A stretch of 64,000 nt of DNA, from assembly GCA_964578255.1 (NCBI GenBank), contig CAZOCC010000006.1, forward strand, positions 4,923 to 68,922, in the 5' to 3' direction. The notes beneath the pieces are model-generated. The model was given only the letters and a program-made list of their open reading frames with translations, was not told the origin of the DNA and did no database searches. Each line of letters opens with the position of its first letter. The stretch's first letter is position 1. This document shows, piece by piece, positions 1 to 10,679 of this stretch. The stretch comes from an uncultured Dehalococcoidia bacterium. GTDB lineage: Bacteria > Chloroflexota > Dehalococcoidia > Lucifugimonadales > UBA2985. Made by a program: the position numbers and the translations under genes.

Positions 1-199
1 CATTCCGTGCAACAGCTATACGCCGAGAAAGTTCCGCCCCGCCGAGGTCGTGATACTCTGACGGTATACTCTGCCAACTAACCGCAGCAGAAAATTCCTC
101 CGACAGTGGCTTAACTTCCAAAGAATCGTCTGTGCGACAAAACGCCTGTTGCTCAAATTCTGTAAGTGGTATGAATGGTTTTCTTTCTATAGTAGGCAT
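1..199 (-). CDS. 5' fragment of a gene running off the window; possibly quinolinate synthase NadA (N-terminal region)
   Basis: ATG at 199 on the minus strand, open to position 1. Translation is MPTIERKPF...SIPSEYHDLGGAELSRRIAVARN. The segment IPSEYHDL..ELSRRIAVA resembles the MPESYKELSRKDMETRVAAIK N-terminus of Bacillus-type NadA. Only 66 codons are visible. Confidence 0.3.
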   Translation of the reverse strand, partial: MPTIERKPFIPLTEFEQQAFCRTDDSLEVKPLSEEFSAAVSWQSIPSEYHDLGGAELSRRIAVARN

Positions 200-211
200 C
201 TAAATCCACCT

Positions 212-1528
212 CTAGACAATGACTTTTGGTTCTTCTTCCACAACACCTGAAAGAGACCATGGACCTGTTTTTGTAACACGTACTGGCACAATCTCACCTA
301 AAAATGACGCCTCGTGTGAGAAAAATACCAACTTGTTAGTTCTAGTACGACCTCTCCATTTCCCATCCTGAGAAGCCTCTACCAGAACCTCAACTATTTG
401 ATTGTCCAATTTCCTATTTATTTCACTAGATACAGTTCTTTGCAATTCCTCTACAAGTTTCATCCTTGATTTTTTCTCCTCTGCCGAAACTGTGTCTTTC
501 ATTTTCCTATGCGCTATTGTCCCTTCTCTTGTAGAGTATGAAGCCACGTGAACCTTGTCAAATTGCGTCTTTTCTATTAAATCCAAGGAGGCCTCAAACT
601 GCTTCTGAGTTTCACCGGGAAAACCAACTATCAAGTCTGTGCTTAATGACACACCAGGGATACTATTCCGAATTTTGTCCACTAGGTAACGATATTCCGT
701 TGAAGTATATCCCCTTCTCATATCCTGCAAGACCTGATCATCTCCTGCTTGAAATGGGAGATTTATGTGCTCGCAAAGTTTCGGCAAAGAGGCTACAGCC
801 TCAATGATCCTATCGCTCATATACTTTGGATGTGATGTTAAAAAACGTACTCGTTGTAAACCTTCTATAGAGTTTATCTCATACATCAAGTCAGCCAAAT
901 CAACCTCAGAGTCCAAATCATGCCCATAAGCGTCTACCGTTTGCCCTAATAATGTGACTTCCTTGACTCCACGATTAACAAGTAAGTTAATCTCCCGAAC
1001 AACTTCATCAATCGGACGACTAGACTGCCTGCCTCTACGGTATGGGATTATACAAAATGAACAGAATTCATCACATCCCTTTATGATGGGCACATATGTA
1101 GAAATACTAGGGCTCATAGGTGCCAAGTCTTGAAGGCAACCCTCAACATCCATATCGAATTGCTCCCCAAGTCTATCAATCAACGGCTTATATTCCTGAG
1201 GCCTCATAAACAAGTCTACATAAGGGAAACGCTTCTGCAATGCCGTGGCACTGGGTCCGACCATACAACCCATAAGAGCCACTATTCGATCTGGCCTGTT
1301 GGCCTTGAGTGGCTTCAATGATGACATCATGCCATAGACTTTATCCTCCGCACTTTGCCTGACAACACAACTGTTCATCACTATAACATCCGCATCCTGA
1401 GGTAAATCCACCGCTTGAAAACCCAGACCCTCAAGGGCAGATCCCAAACGCTCAGAGTCGGATACATTCATCTGGCATCCAACGGTCCAGATAAAATAAC
1501 TGCCCGTAGATGAATTACCGTGTATCAA
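212..1528 (-). CDS. miaB: tRNA-2-methylthio-N6-dimethylallyladenosine synthase (radical SAM methylthiotransferase)
   Basis: 438 aa. N-terminal MTTase Cys triad context (TVGCQMN, NSCVVR, MGCMVG), radical-SAM CDEFCSFC (Cx3Cx2C), and a C-terminal TRAM-like region. Confidence 0.9.
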   Translation of the reverse strand: MIHGNSSTGSYFIWTVGCQMNVSDSERLGSALEGLGFQAVDLPQDADVIVMNSCVVRQSAEDKVYGMMSSLKPLKANRPDRIVALMGCMVGPSATALQKRFPYVDLFMRPQEYKPLIDRLGEQFDMDVEGCLQDLAPMSPSISTYVPIIKGCDEFCSFCIIPYRRGRQSSRPIDEVVREINLLVNRGVKEVTLLGQTVDAYGHDLDSEVDLADLMYEINSIEGLQRVRFLTSHPKYMSDRIIEAVASLPKLCEHINLPFQAGDDQVLQDMRRGYTSTEYRYLVDKIRNSIPGVSLSTDLIVGFPGETQKQFEASLDLIEKTQFDKVHVASYSTREGTIAHRKMKDTVSAEEKKSRMKLVEELQRTVSSEINRKLDNQIVEVLVEASQDGKWRGRTRTNKLVFFSHEASFLGEIVPVRVTKTGPWSLSGVVEEEPKVIV

Positions 1529-1563
1529 AAACTCTACCCCTTAGTTATTAACTGTCAAGGAAA

Positions 1564-1655
1564 TGGCGGAGGGAATGGGATTCGAACCCATGAGAGAGCT
1601 TGCGCCCCCTAACCGCTTAGCAGGCGGCCGCACTAGGCCACTATGCGATCCCTCC
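1564..1655 (-). tRNA. tRNA-Ser (anticodon GCU), encoded CCA
   Basis: Reverse complement is GGAGGGA...GCCGC-CUGCUAA-GCGGU with a long variable arm, T-arm ATGGG-TTCGAAT-CCCAT and acceptor TCCCTCC-G-CCA. Confidence 0.9.
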
Positions 1656-1713
1656 TGCCCTCTCTCCTAAATATACCAGAAATCAACCTCTGGTCACAAG
1701 GTGTGAAAAATGA

Positions 1714-2199
1714 TCAGATCGCACCGGTAGGATTCAAGCCTGATCGTCTAGGCCTATGCCTATCAGCACTGTCAATAATTATGGTGACAGGTCCGTCATT
1801 TTGAAGGTCCACACGCATATGTTCACGAAAAATTCCAGTGTGAATAGACAGGCCTGTCTGCCGGAATAAATCAACTGTTTGGTCGTATAACTCCAGGGCG
1901 TTATCCGACCTAGCGGCACCCGTATAAGAAGGTCTGCGCCCCTTACGAATATCCGCATACAGAGTAAATTGGCTAACAATCATAAGTTGGGCATTTTCCT
2001 CAATTGCAGAGCTATTCATGTGACCTGCGGCGTCGTCAAATATGCGTAGATTTACAACTTTATCCACAATGTAACTGATGTCATCCTCTCGATCATCATA
2101 TCGGAATCCTAAAAAAACGACTAGGCCATTGCCAATACTGCAACTATAATAGCCAGTTGATACAGATGCGCTAGTGACCCTCTGAAGCACTGCACGCAC
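1714..2199 (-). CDS. dtd: D-aminoacyl-tRNA deacylase
   Basis: MRAVLQRV..., SQFTLYAD and NDGPVTIIID are typical Dtd motifs. There is a short C-terminal extension. Confidence 0.9.
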   Translation of the reverse strand: MRAVLQRVTSASVSTGYYSCSIGNGLVVFLGFRYDDREDDISYIVDKVVNLRIFDDAAGHMNSSAIEENAQLMIVSQFTLYADIRKGRRPSYTGAARSDNALELYDQTVDLFRQTGLSIHTGIFREHMRVDLQNDGPVTIIIDSADRHRPRRSGLNPTGAI

Positions 2200-2209
2200 A
2201 AACTACCAA

Positions 2210-2506
2210 TTATTCTTTAGAATCAGAAGCATCAGAACTTTTTGTTTCTTTTTCCGGGGTGGTGTCTCCGGAGGGTTGAGTGTCTTCCATACGAGTTCCA
2301 CTGCCAGAATCGGAATTAGTCCTATCCCGCCTAGCATAATCAGTTGTATAGAATCCAGTACCCTTATAAATCACAGCAGGAGGGTGAAACAGGCGGCGTG
2401 ATACAGCATCACACTTTGGGCAAGGTTCAGTAGGGTCAGCATCAAAGCCCTGCTTTAATTCGAATTTATGCTTGCACTCAACACACTGATATTCATATAT
2501 CGGCAT
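2210..2506 (-). CDS. FmdB-family zinc-ribbon putative regulatory protein
   Basis: MPIYEYQCVECKHKFE...CPKCD (CxxC...CxxC) at the N-terminus, followed by a Ser/Asp/Thr-rich tail. Confidence 0.75.
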   Translation of the reverse strand: MPIYEYQCVECKHKFELKQGFDADPTEPCPKCDAVSRRLFHPPAVIYKGTGFYTTDYARRDRTNSDSGSGTRMEDTQPSGDTTPEKETKSSDASDSKE

Positions 2507-2641
2507 TTAGAAATCTCTTTCTCAAAACCATTAAAATCAAATATTCACGGCTAACGTAACCCCAGAATTCACACAATTTAATCTCTGTAAGGATTCCTGT
2601 CAATAATGACCGAGATATACCATAAAAGACAGTACTAGGGA

Positions 2642-2670
2642 TTGACCGAACTCTACTGAGATAATAAACT
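2642..2670 (+). promoter_or_regulatory. candidate sigma70-type promoter for the purF-purM-purH unit
   Basis: TTGACC (2642-2647), 17-nt spacer, TAAACT (2665-2670), about 45 nt upstream of the purF ORF. Confidence 0.3.
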
Positions 2671-2713
2671 TTGTTTGGATTCCACTAAGTAGATTGCCTA
2701 AGGAAGGTAGCTA

Positions 2714-4159
2714 TTGCACAAGGTGACCTTTCCGCAGCCTATAAGATCTGATCCTCCGATCGACATACCGCAAGAGGCTTGTGGTGTGGTGGGGGTATAC
2801 GCCCCCGGAGAAGACGTGGCACGTTTGACTTTCTTTGGCCTGTTCGCACTTCAACACAGAGGCCAAGAGAGTGCAGGCATTGGTGTGACGGACGGCAAAG
2901 AGATACGCATCGTCACATCCATGGGTCTGGTTGCCCAGTCTTTCCGAGAGGATGACCTGGAACGCCTGACCGGCCACATTGCTATAGGACACACTAGATA
3001 CTCTACAGCAGGATCAAGTTTGCTGTGCAATGCCCAGCCTATGCTAGCCAACGGACCTTACGGAGAACTCGCTCTTGGCCATAACGGTAACGTGGTTAAC
3101 GCAGTCGAACTCAGAGATGAGTTGTTGGAATGGGGATGCACGTTTTCCAGTACCACGGACTCAGAAGTTCTTGCGCAGATGTTGGCAAACGCCCCAGGAT
3201 TGGATCTGCGCGACCGAGTTCGTTACATGATGCGTAGAGCACAAGGAGCCTACTCGTTGACAGTTATGACCAAGGATTCTTTATTGGCTATCCGGGACCC
3301 CTTAGGAGTTAGGCCTCTATGTATCGGGAAAACTGAAGGGAACTGGATAGTGGCATCAGAGACTTGTGCATTGGATCATCTAGGAGCGGAATTCGTGCGA
3401 GAAGTTGAACCTGGTGAGGCCGTAATAATTAATGAGAACGGTATGACAACCCTCTACAAATCGGCCCAACGTAATACCGCGCGCTGTATATTTGAGCATA
3501 TATATTTCGCCAGGCCCGATAGTAATTTAGACGGCAAACTAGTTTACTCAGTACGCCAGGCAATGGGCGCACAATTAGCTAGAGAACATCACATTGATGC
3601 CGACTTGGTCATACCTGTACCAGACTCGTCCAATGCCGCCGCGGTCGGTTACTCTCAAGAATCTGGCATACCATACAGTGAAGGGTTGCTGAAAAACAGA
3701 TACGTTGGACGCACATTCATAGAGCCTGATCAAAGAGTGAGAGATCTGGGAGTTCAACTTAAATTCAACCCATTGCCTCAGGTTATTGCCAACAAAAGAA
3801 TTATAATAGTCGATGACAGCATAGTACGTGGTACAACTACGCCCCATGTAGTCAGGCTTGTCAAGAAAGCAGGTGCACGTGAGATCCATCTACGTGTATG
3901 TGCTCCTCCAATCCGCCACCCCTGTCACTTGGGAGTTGATTTAGCCTCATACAAAGAACTTATAGCTGCCAATAAGACTATAGAAGATATACGGGAATTT
4001 GTGGGGGCTGATTCTCTAGGATACCTAAGCGTAGAGGGACTATTAGATGCCGTTGGAGCCTCGGATGATTCGCATTGCTTGGGATGCTTTACGGGCAACC
4101 ACCCAATTCCTATCCAATTGGAAATGAACAAACTAGCTCTGGAAACACAGGCCCTATAA
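2714..4159 (+). CDS. purF: amidophosphoribosyltransferase
   Basis: N-terminal nucleophile context EACGVVGVY after a short propeptide (TTG start at 2714). PRPP loop RIIIVDDSIVRGTT. Confidence 0.95.
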   Translation: MHKVTFPQPIRSDPPIDIPQEACGVVGVYAPGEDVARLTFFGLFALQHRGQESAGIGVTDGKEIRIVTSMGLVAQSFREDDLERLTGHIAIGHTRYSTAGSSLLCNAQPMLANGPYGELALGHNGNVVNAVELRDELLEWGCTFSSTTDSEVLAQMLANAPGLDLRDRVRYMMRRAQGAYSLTVMTKDSLLAIRDPLGVRPLCIGKTEGNWIVASETCALDHLGAEFVREVEPGEAVIINENGMTTLYKSAQRNTARCIFEHIYFARPDSNLDGKLVYSVRQAMGAQLAREHHIDADLVIPVPDSSNAAAVGYSQESGIPYSEGLLKNRYVGRTFIEPDQRVRDLGVQLKFNPLPQVIANKRIIIVDDSIVRGTTTPHVVRLVKKAGAREIHLRVCAPPIRHPCHLGVDLASYKELIAANKTIEDIREFVGADSLGYLSVEGLLDAVGASDDSHCLGCFTGNHPIPIQLEMNKLALETQAL

Positions 4160-4168
4160 TGGAGTACC

Positions 4169-5179
4169 ATGGCAGGTGAAACTTATCTACAGTCGGGCGT
4201 GGACCAAGTTGGGGCTAGAAAAGCGAAAGAGTCCATTAAAAACCTTGCTTCGGAAACTCTACAACCCGAAGTAATTGGTGGCATAGGTTTCTTTGGTGGC
4301 ATGTACCAACTGGGGGCTTATAATGAGCCTGTCTTAGTTTCCAGCACGGACTCTCCTGGCACTAAATTAAAACTCGCCAACATCATTGGGCGATTTGATA
4401 CTGTTGGCATTGATGTAGTTAACCACTGCATAAATGATGTTTACACCTGCGGGGCAAAACCCATTTTTTTCCTAGATTATTTAGGTGTTGGACATCTTAT
4501 ACAAGATAAAGTGGAGTCCCTGGTAAGCGGAGTAGCCAAGGCATGCAAAGAAGCTGGATGTTCGTTGATAGGTGGAGAAACAGCAGAACTTCCAGGCATT
4601 TACCCTGACAATGAATTCGATCTTGTTGGATTCGCTGTGGGGGTTGTAGAAAAAGAATCTATCATCGACGGTTCTAATATCAAAGCGGGTGACCAGCTAA
4701 TAGGCTTAAGATCAAACGGCCTTCATACCAACGGTTATTCGCTAGCGCGGAGAATATTCGACGTGGAGAACCAGCCTGGCATTTTGAATAATACATACCC
4801 AAATTTAGAGAAGACATTAGGTGAAGCATTAATGGAACCCCATCGTTGCTACTATCCGCTCTTGGAACCAACATTAGATTTAATCAAAGGGATGGCCCAC
4901 ATAACAGGTGGGGGTCTGCCAGAAAATATTCCTAGAGTACTACCAAAGGGATTAGGCGCAAGAATCAGTACACAATCATGGGATATACCTCCAATATTTG
5001 AGATAATCCAAGATTCAGGCGCGGTGGAAACGACTGAGATGTTCAGGGTATTCAACATGGGTATAGGCATGGTTTTGGTATGTGATCCTAACAAAGCCTC
5101 AACAATCCAAACAATTCTCCCTGAAGCGATCGCGATAGGAGAAGTCATTGAGGGCACGGAAGTAATTCTTTCGAGGTAA
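4169..5179 (+). CDS. purM: phosphoribosylformylglycinamidine cyclo-ligase (AIR synthetase)
   Basis: 336 aa. IGGIGFFGG, SSTDSPGTKLK and GGETAELPG are PurM motifs. GGAG lies upstream of the ATG. Confidence 0.95.
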   Translation: MAGETYLQSGVDQVGARKAKESIKNLASETLQPEVIGGIGFFGGMYQLGAYNEPVLVSSTDSPGTKLKLANIIGRFDTVGIDVVNHCINDVYTCGAKPIFFLDYLGVGHLIQDKVESLVSGVAKACKEAGCSLIGGETAELPGIYPDNEFDLVGFAVGVVEKESIIDGSNIKAGDQLIGLRSNGLHTNGYSLARRIFDVENQPGILNNTYPNLEKTLGEALMEPHRCYYPLLEPTLDLIKGMAHITGGGLPENIPRVLPKGLGARISTQSWDIPPIFEIIQDSGAVETTEMFRVFNMGIGMVLVCDPNKASTIQTILPEAIAIGEVIEGTEVILSR

Positions 5180-5182
5180 CAG

Positions 5183-6703
5183 ATGAAAGCTCTGATCAGC
5201 GTATACGATAAAACCGGGATTGTAGAATTCGCCAGTAAGCTAGAAGGGTTGGGAACACACATACTTAGTACTGGCGGTACGCATCAAACGCTACTTGATA
5301 ACGGCATACCTGTAACTCAGGTATCTGAGTATACTGGCTCACCTGAAATATTGGACGGCAGGGTTAAAACCCTACATCCAATAATACATGGAGGCATACT
5401 GGCCAAGAGAGACAACCCAAATCACATCGCTGAACTACAACAAATGCGAGTAGATACGATTGACTTAGTTATCGTGAATCTTTATCCTTTTGCGGCCACT
5501 ATCAGCCGACCTAACGTAACTATGGAAGAAGCGCTAGAGAACATCGACATAGGTGGCCCCACAATGATTAGGGCAGCGGCAAAGAATTTTCAATCAGTAA
5601 CGGTTGTAGTAGACCCCAACGATTATGACTGGATCATTGAATCCATGTCCAACGGGGAATTAGCAGGTGCAGAACGCCAAGGATTGGCTCAGAAAGCTTT
5701 CCAACATGTGGCCTTTTACGATACCCTGGTATCTCAATATTTACTCACTGATAGTAGTTTTTTTAGTCAAGAAAAAACCATCGGGTACAATAAACTGTAC
5801 GAAATGCGCTACGGGGAAAATCCCCACCAGAAAGCTGCATTTTACTCAAATCCCCACCCGTCTGGTATAGCATCTGCCAAACAGCTGCATGGAAAGGAAC
5901 TATCGTACAACAATATACTTGATGCGGATGCGGCCTGGAGGGCCGTTTCCGATTTCCCTACTAGTACATCAGCAATAATCAAACACACTAACACTTGCGG
6001 ATTAGCATCGAATGATGATCAAGTTGAAGCATACAAAAATGCCCTTTCAGGTGACCCGGTCTCAGCATTTGGGGGTATCGTGGCATTCAATCGCGAGTTG
6101 ACCCATGCAACTGCACAAGCAATGAGAGAAGTATTCTATGAAATTGTTCTGGCTCCATCTTTTGATCCCTCCGCACTAGAAACCTTGCAAAAAAAACGCG
6201 ACCTGAGGATATTAGAGTTGGGTGATTCCCCATCGACGTCTGATATCGGCGTTGAAGTACGTCAAGTCTCTGGTGGCGTACTAATACAGACACCAGATGA
6301 AGTTGACGAAAATCCCTCAACCTGGCAAGTGGTGACTGAACTAGAACCAACACAGGATCAAATGAAAGACCTTATATTCGCATGGAAAGCTGTAAAACAT
6401 ATTAAATCCAACGCTATTGTGGTAGCCAAAGATCAAACCCTGCTTGGCATGGGAGCAGGACAGCCTAATCGCCTAAACAGCGTAGAATTGTCGCTCAAGG
6501 CAGCCGGATCAGCGTCAACAGGGGCTATACTTGCTTCCGATGCATTTTTCCCATTCCCGGACGGAGTGGAGACAGCGGCCACCGGTGGTATTGCTGTTGT
6601 TATACAACCAGGCGGTTCTATAAGGGATAATGAAGTGATAGAAGCCGCTAACAGGTTAGGATTAGTAATGCTTTTCACTGGAATGCGCCATTTCAAGCAT
6701 TAG
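5183..6703 (+). CDS. purH: bifunctional AICAR transformylase / IMP cyclohydrolase
   Basis: 506 aa. MGS-like N-terminus KALISVYDKTGI, YGENPHQ, and C-terminal FTGMRHFKH. Confidence 0.95.
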   Translation: MKALISVYDKTGIVEFASKLEGLGTHILSTGGTHQTLLDNGIPVTQVSEYTGSPEILDGRVKTLHPIIHGGILAKRDNPNHIAELQQMRVDTIDLVIVNLYPFAATISRPNVTMEEALENIDIGGPTMIRAAAKNFQSVTVVVDPNDYDWIIESMSNGELAGAERQGLAQKAFQHVAFYDTLVSQYLLTDSSFFSQEKTIGYNKLYEMRYGENPHQKAAFYSNPHPSGIASAKQLHGKELSYNNILDADAAWRAVSDFPTSTSAIIKHTNTCGLASNDDQVEAYKNALSGDPVSAFGGIVAFNRELTHATAQAMREVFYEIVLAPSFDPSALETLQKKRDLRILELGDSPSTSDIGVEVRQVSGGVLIQTPDEVDENPSTWQVVTELEPTQDQMKDLIFAWKAVKHIKSNAIVVAKDQTLLGMGAGQPNRLNSVELSLKAAGSASTGAILASDAFFPFPDGVETAATGGIAVVIQPGGSIRDNEVIEAANRLGLVMLFTGMRHFKH

Positions 6704-6817
6704 GAAACAAACCTTGTTTTTTCGATATTTTCTGGATTCGCTATTTATTTCGAATAAAAACCTATCAACGTCACGCTATTGGAGAACCTTAGTATCCATT
6801 AAGTTTCACTACAGGAA

Positions 6818-7585
6818 TTGGCAATGCCTCCATTGATAGATGTAGTAATACCTGTATTAAATGAAGAGAAAGCTCTTCCAGGCTGCATCGAATCACTCAC
6901 CCAATTCCTACAATACAACTCACCTTATGATTTCCGCATCGTCATAGCTGACAATGGCTCTGATGACCTTACACCCGAAATATCCTCGTCTCTATCTAAA
7001 GAACATCCTCAGGTCACTTGGATAAGATTAGAAATGCGAGGCAGGGGCAGAGCATTGAAAAAGGCCTGGTCAGGAAGTGACGCAGATATTTTGTGCTATA
7101 TGGACGTGGATCTATCTACAGACCTCGGGGCATTCCCGGTCTTAGTAAAAGCCATCTGGGAGGATAGATTCGACTTAGCGGTTGGTTCTCGCCTGATGAA
7201 TCATTCTGTTGTAAGAAAAAGATCAACAAAAAGGGAGTTCACATCCCGTTCCTACAATATATTGATTAAAGCTATGTTCATGACTAAGTTCTCCGACGCC
7301 CAATGTGGATTTAAAGCAATCAGTAAGTCTGCAGCAGCGGATTTATTACCATTAGTAAAAGATCAGGGTTGGTTTTTTGATTCTGAATTATTGATATTGG
7401 CTGAGAAGAATGGTTATCACATAAAGGACATTCCTGTTTTATGGGTAGATGACCCGGACAGTAGGGTCAACGTCATCAAAACAGCCAGAGACGATATAAA
7501 GGGACTGTTGCGACTCAGGACACGCGGTCTATCCGAAGCGAGCAAACTGCTCAGGCACAGTAGAACACAATATAATGGCCACTAA
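6818..7585 (+). CDS. family 2 glycosyltransferase (polyprenyl-phosphate sugar transferase-like)
   Basis: DVVIPVLNEE, ADNGSDD and YMDVDLS (DxD) form the GT-A signature. The likely true start is the ATG at 6824. Confidence 0.8.
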   Translation: MAMPPLIDVVIPVLNEEKALPGCIESLTQFLQYNSPYDFRIVIADNGSDDLTPEISSSLSKEHPQVTWIRLEMRGRGRALKKAWSGSDADILCYMDVDLSTDLGAFPVLVKAIWEDRFDLAVGSRLMNHSVVRKRSTKREFTSRSYNILIKAMFMTKFSDAQCGFKAISKSAAADLLPLVKDQGWFFDSELLILAEKNGYHIKDIPVLWVDDPDSRVNVIKTARDDIKGLLRLRTRGLSEASKLLRHSRTQYNGH

Positions 7586-7986
7586 CAACTACTGATATTC
7601 AACTCCAACATCAAATCCTCTATCCTTGAACATATTTCGTCTCTTATTAGCCTGACTTTATCTAGAGATTGGTCCTTGGGATCATCCAAATGCCAATCTC
7701 TCGCGGATATGAAACCAGCGGGACACGCGTCTTCAATATTGCAACCCATAGTAATAACCAAATCTGCAGTATCTAGCATTTCCGGAGTTAAGGATGTCGG
7801 CAGACTTTGAGACAAATCTAATCCTAATTCCGACATTACTTTAACAACATTGGAATTCACTTCATCGCTAGGCTGGGTTCCTGCCGATTGGGCTCTAATG
7901 CAACCATGGGCCATCTTGTTAAATATAGCTTCTGCCATTTTGCTGCGCCCAGAATTATGTACGCATGCGAAAAGTATATTCTTCAT
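7582..7986 (-). CDS. arsC: arsenate reductase, LMW-PTP / thioredoxin-coupled type
   Basis: P-loop CVHNSGRS (Cx5R) plus the Cys pair in ITMGCNIEDACP, at the spacing of the Bacillus/Staphylococcus ArsC Cys10/82/89 arrangement. 4-nt convergent overlap with the GT2 gene. Confidence 0.8.
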   Translation of the reverse strand: MKNILFACVHNSGRSKMAEAIFNKMAHGCIRAQSAGTQPSDEVNSNVVKVMSELGLDLSQSLPTSLTPEMLDTADLVITMGCNIEDACPAGFISARDWHLDDPKDQSLDKVRLIRDEICSRIEDLMLELNISSC

Positions 7987-8044
7987 AGACGTTAAATTCC
8001 TAATCCAATCTCCAATATTCTACACCCGATACAGAACTTGATAT

Positions 8045-10507
8045 TCAATTAACAACCACATTCACTAATCTACTAGGCACATATATCACCGTATCTATAC
8101 GTTTGCCTTCCAAGTACGGAGTGATTTTGTCGCTTCTCATAGCAAGACTCGTTGCATCCTCCTGGCTGATATCCGCCGGTACTTGTATTCTATCTCTAAG
8201 TTTACCGTTAACTTGTACTACTAATGTTATTTCCTCATCTCTCGCCAGATCTGGATCCCACTCAGGCATGAGTTGATTGTGAATGCTGTAGGAGTGCCCA
8301 GTTTTCTCCCAAAGTTCCTCTGTGATATGAGGAGCAATTGGAGCCAGTAAAAGTAGCAGGTTCATTATAGATGTCTCCCAATGCTCTGGACTAATACTGC
8401 CTTCATCCCAAGCCCTACCCATGTAATTGGTCATTTCCATCATTGCAGCAATAGCTGTGTTAAACTTAAATCTCTCTAAGTCTGTCTCCACCCTACTAAT
8501 AGTCTTGTGCATCTGCCTTAAAAGATCTTTATTAGCCTCACTAGAACCTGATTTTGTCATTAACTGTGAGGTATCTCTATCCGACAGATCCCATACACGA
8601 TTCAACCAACGCGCCATGCCATTAATACCGGTATCAGACCATTCACCACCTTGATCCCAAGGGCCCAGAAACATCAAATAAGCCCGGACCACGTCAGCCC
8701 CAAGCTCGTTGACGTACGGATCAGGCGTTATAACATTTCCCCTTGATTTACTCATTTTCTGATGGTCTGCAATTATAGTGCCCTGATTGAAAAGCCGTAG
8801 GTATGGTTCGTCGTAACTAACCAAGCCAAGATCCCTAAGAGCTTTATTAAAAAACCGCGCGTATAGCAAATGCATTACGGCGTGTTCAGCTCCACCAGTA
8901 TATTGATTAACTGGCAACCAACTATTCGTAGCTTCTGGCTCGGCCAGCCCACCACTATATTTTGGGCTAGTAAATCTGATGTGATACCAAGACGAATCAA
9001 TGAAAGTGTCCATAGTGTCCGTTTCCCGCTTGGCATCTAAACCACATAACGGGCACTTAGTATTGATGAAAGTTTCATGGTAGTTTAAGGGAGACTCTCC
9101 AGTAGGCCTAAACTGAGCATCCTCCGGAAGAATCACAGGCAAATCCTCTTCGGGAACGGGAGTCACTCCACAACTATCACAATATATGATCGGGATAGGT
9201 GTACCCCAATAACGCTGCCGAGAAATTAGCCAATCCCGTAATCTGTAAGATACGGTTCTGTTACCCCATCCTTCAAGTTCAAGATAGTCGGCTATTTTTT
9301 TCTTCGATTCACTTGAAGATAGTCCGTCAAAACCGGCGGAGTTAACTGCAATACCTTCCTGAACATAAGCCTCACTCAAATCCTGACCATCCCATCCGGA
9401 TGGAGACACTACCACTTTAACTGGAAGGCCGTATTTTTGTGCGAAGTCAAAGTCTCTTTGATCATGAGCGGGAACCCCCATCACAATGCCAGTACCGTAG
9501 CTCAATAAAGCATAATCAGCTATGAATAAAGGAACTTTATCTCCGTTCACTAAATTTGTAGCATCTGATCCAATGTAGACACCTGTCTTCTCGAGTTCCG
9601 TAGAGAGTCTTTCTACTTCAGTTCTGTGACGGGTCTGTTCTATATATTCTGATACAGCCTGCCAACGATCTTTGGTTGTCAATTTCTGTACCAAAGGGTG
9701 CTCAGGTGCAATAACAATAAAAGTAACTCCGTAAAGTGTATCGATCCTTGTAGTAAAAGTACTTAAGGTGGCCACATCTAGATTGTGTTGGGATATGTCA
9801 AATTTGACTTGCACGCCGACACTTTTACCTATCCAATTAGTCTGCATGGATTTGATTCTTTCAGGCCAATCAACTAGACCCGAGAAATCTAGAAGTTCAT
9901 CAGCATACTGCGTTATTCGCAAAAACCATTGTTCCAACTCTCTTCTAGTCACCTGTGAATCGCAGCGTTCGCAGTTGCCATCCACTACCTGTTCGTTGGC
10001 CAAGACAGTCTGACAAGAAGGGCACCAATTGGCCGGTGCCTGAGCCCTATAAGCCAACCCATTTCTGTAGAACTGCAAGAAAATCCATTGGCTCCATTTA
10101 TAATAATCTGGCAAAGCACAAATTATTTCCCTGTCCCAGTCATACACAGTTCCCATGGATCTGAGCTGAAGTCGCATATTCTCAATATTCCCCATGGTCC
10201 ATTCATAAGGATGGATGCCTCTCTTTATGGCGGCATTTTCAGCGGGCAACCCGAAAGCATCAAATCCCATTGGGTGAAGCACATTATACCCTTGCATACG
10301 CCTGAACCTAGCGTGAGCGTCAGCCGGAGACATAGCATACCAATGACCTATATGAAGATCTCCAGATGGGTATGGATACATCGTAAGTTCATACCACTTT
10401 GGCCTTGGATCATCATCTCTTACTCTGTAAAGTTCATCAGTAGCCCATCGATTTTGCCATTTGGAGTCCAACTCGCGGTGTTCATATCTCTTTCCAGTAT
10501 TTGTCAT
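8045..10507 (-). CDS. leuS: leucyl-tRNA synthetase
   Basis: 820 aa. HIGH motif (PSGDLHIGHW) and KMSKS motif (QKMSKSRGN). Confidence 0.97.
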   Translation of the reverse strand: MTNTGKRYEHRELDSKWQNRWATDELYRVRDDDPRPKWYELTMYPYPSGDLHIGHWYAMSPADAHARFRRMQGYNVLHPMGFDAFGLPAENAAIKRGIHPYEWTMGNIENMRLQLRSMGTVYDWDREIICALPDYYKWSQWIFLQFYRNGLAYRAQAPANWCPSCQTVLANEQVVDGNCERCDSQVTRRELEQWFLRITQYADELLDFSGLVDWPERIKSMQTNWIGKSVGVQVKFDISQHNLDVATLSTFTTRIDTLYGVTFIVIAPEHPLVQKLTTKDRWQAVSEYIEQTRHRTEVERLSTELEKTGVYIGSDATNLVNGDKVPLFIADYALLSYGTGIVMGVPAHDQRDFDFAQKYGLPVKVVVSPSGWDGQDLSEAYVQEGIAVNSAGFDGLSSSESKKKIADYLELEGWGNRTVSYRLRDWLISRQRYWGTPIPIIYCDSCGVTPVPEEDLPVILPEDAQFRPTGESPLNYHETFINTKCPLCGLDAKRETDTMDTFIDSSWYHIRFTSPKYSGGLAEPEATNSWLPVNQYTGGAEHAVMHLLYARFFNKALRDLGLVSYDEPYLRLFNQGTIIADHQKMSKSRGNVITPDPYVNELGADVVRAYLMFLGPWDQGGEWSDTGINGMARWLNRVWDLSDRDTSQLMTKSGSSEANKDLLRQMHKTISRVETDLERFKFNTAIAAMMEMTNYMGRAWDEGSISPEHWETSIMNLLLLLAPIAPHITEELWEKTGHSYSIHNQLMPEWDPDLARDEEITLVVQVNGKLRDRIQVPADISQEDATSLAMRSDKITPYLEGKRIDTVIYVPSRLVNVVVN

Positions 10508-10679
10508 AGTGAAATTTCTCCAACAAGCTCAAATAGCATTACAATCACCACATACTCGTTTGGCTATCCATAATATCCTGATTTTAATATACAAGATAGT
10601 GGCCACAAATATTCTTTGTAGCGATCTATGGAGATCGCAAAAATGAGTCATTACAAAATATGAACCAGCTTAACAATCG

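Noticed and set aside
2507-2713. Purine or ZTP riboswitch upstream of purF, and yybP-ykoY upstream of the CBS-VIT1 pair (52257-52527)
   Set aside because: I could not find the conserved cores: UAUAAU...GUUUCUACC...CCGUAAA for purine, GGGUCGUG...CCGCCUGGGC for ZTP, or GGGGAGUAG for yybP-ykoY.
10621-10638. Hairpin GCGATCT-ATGG-AGATCGC between pcrA and leuS as a terminator
   Set aside because: On the minus (transcribed) strand the U-run precedes the stem instead of following it. On the + strand the stem is followed by an A-run. It is not a canonical intrinsic terminator in the relevant direction.
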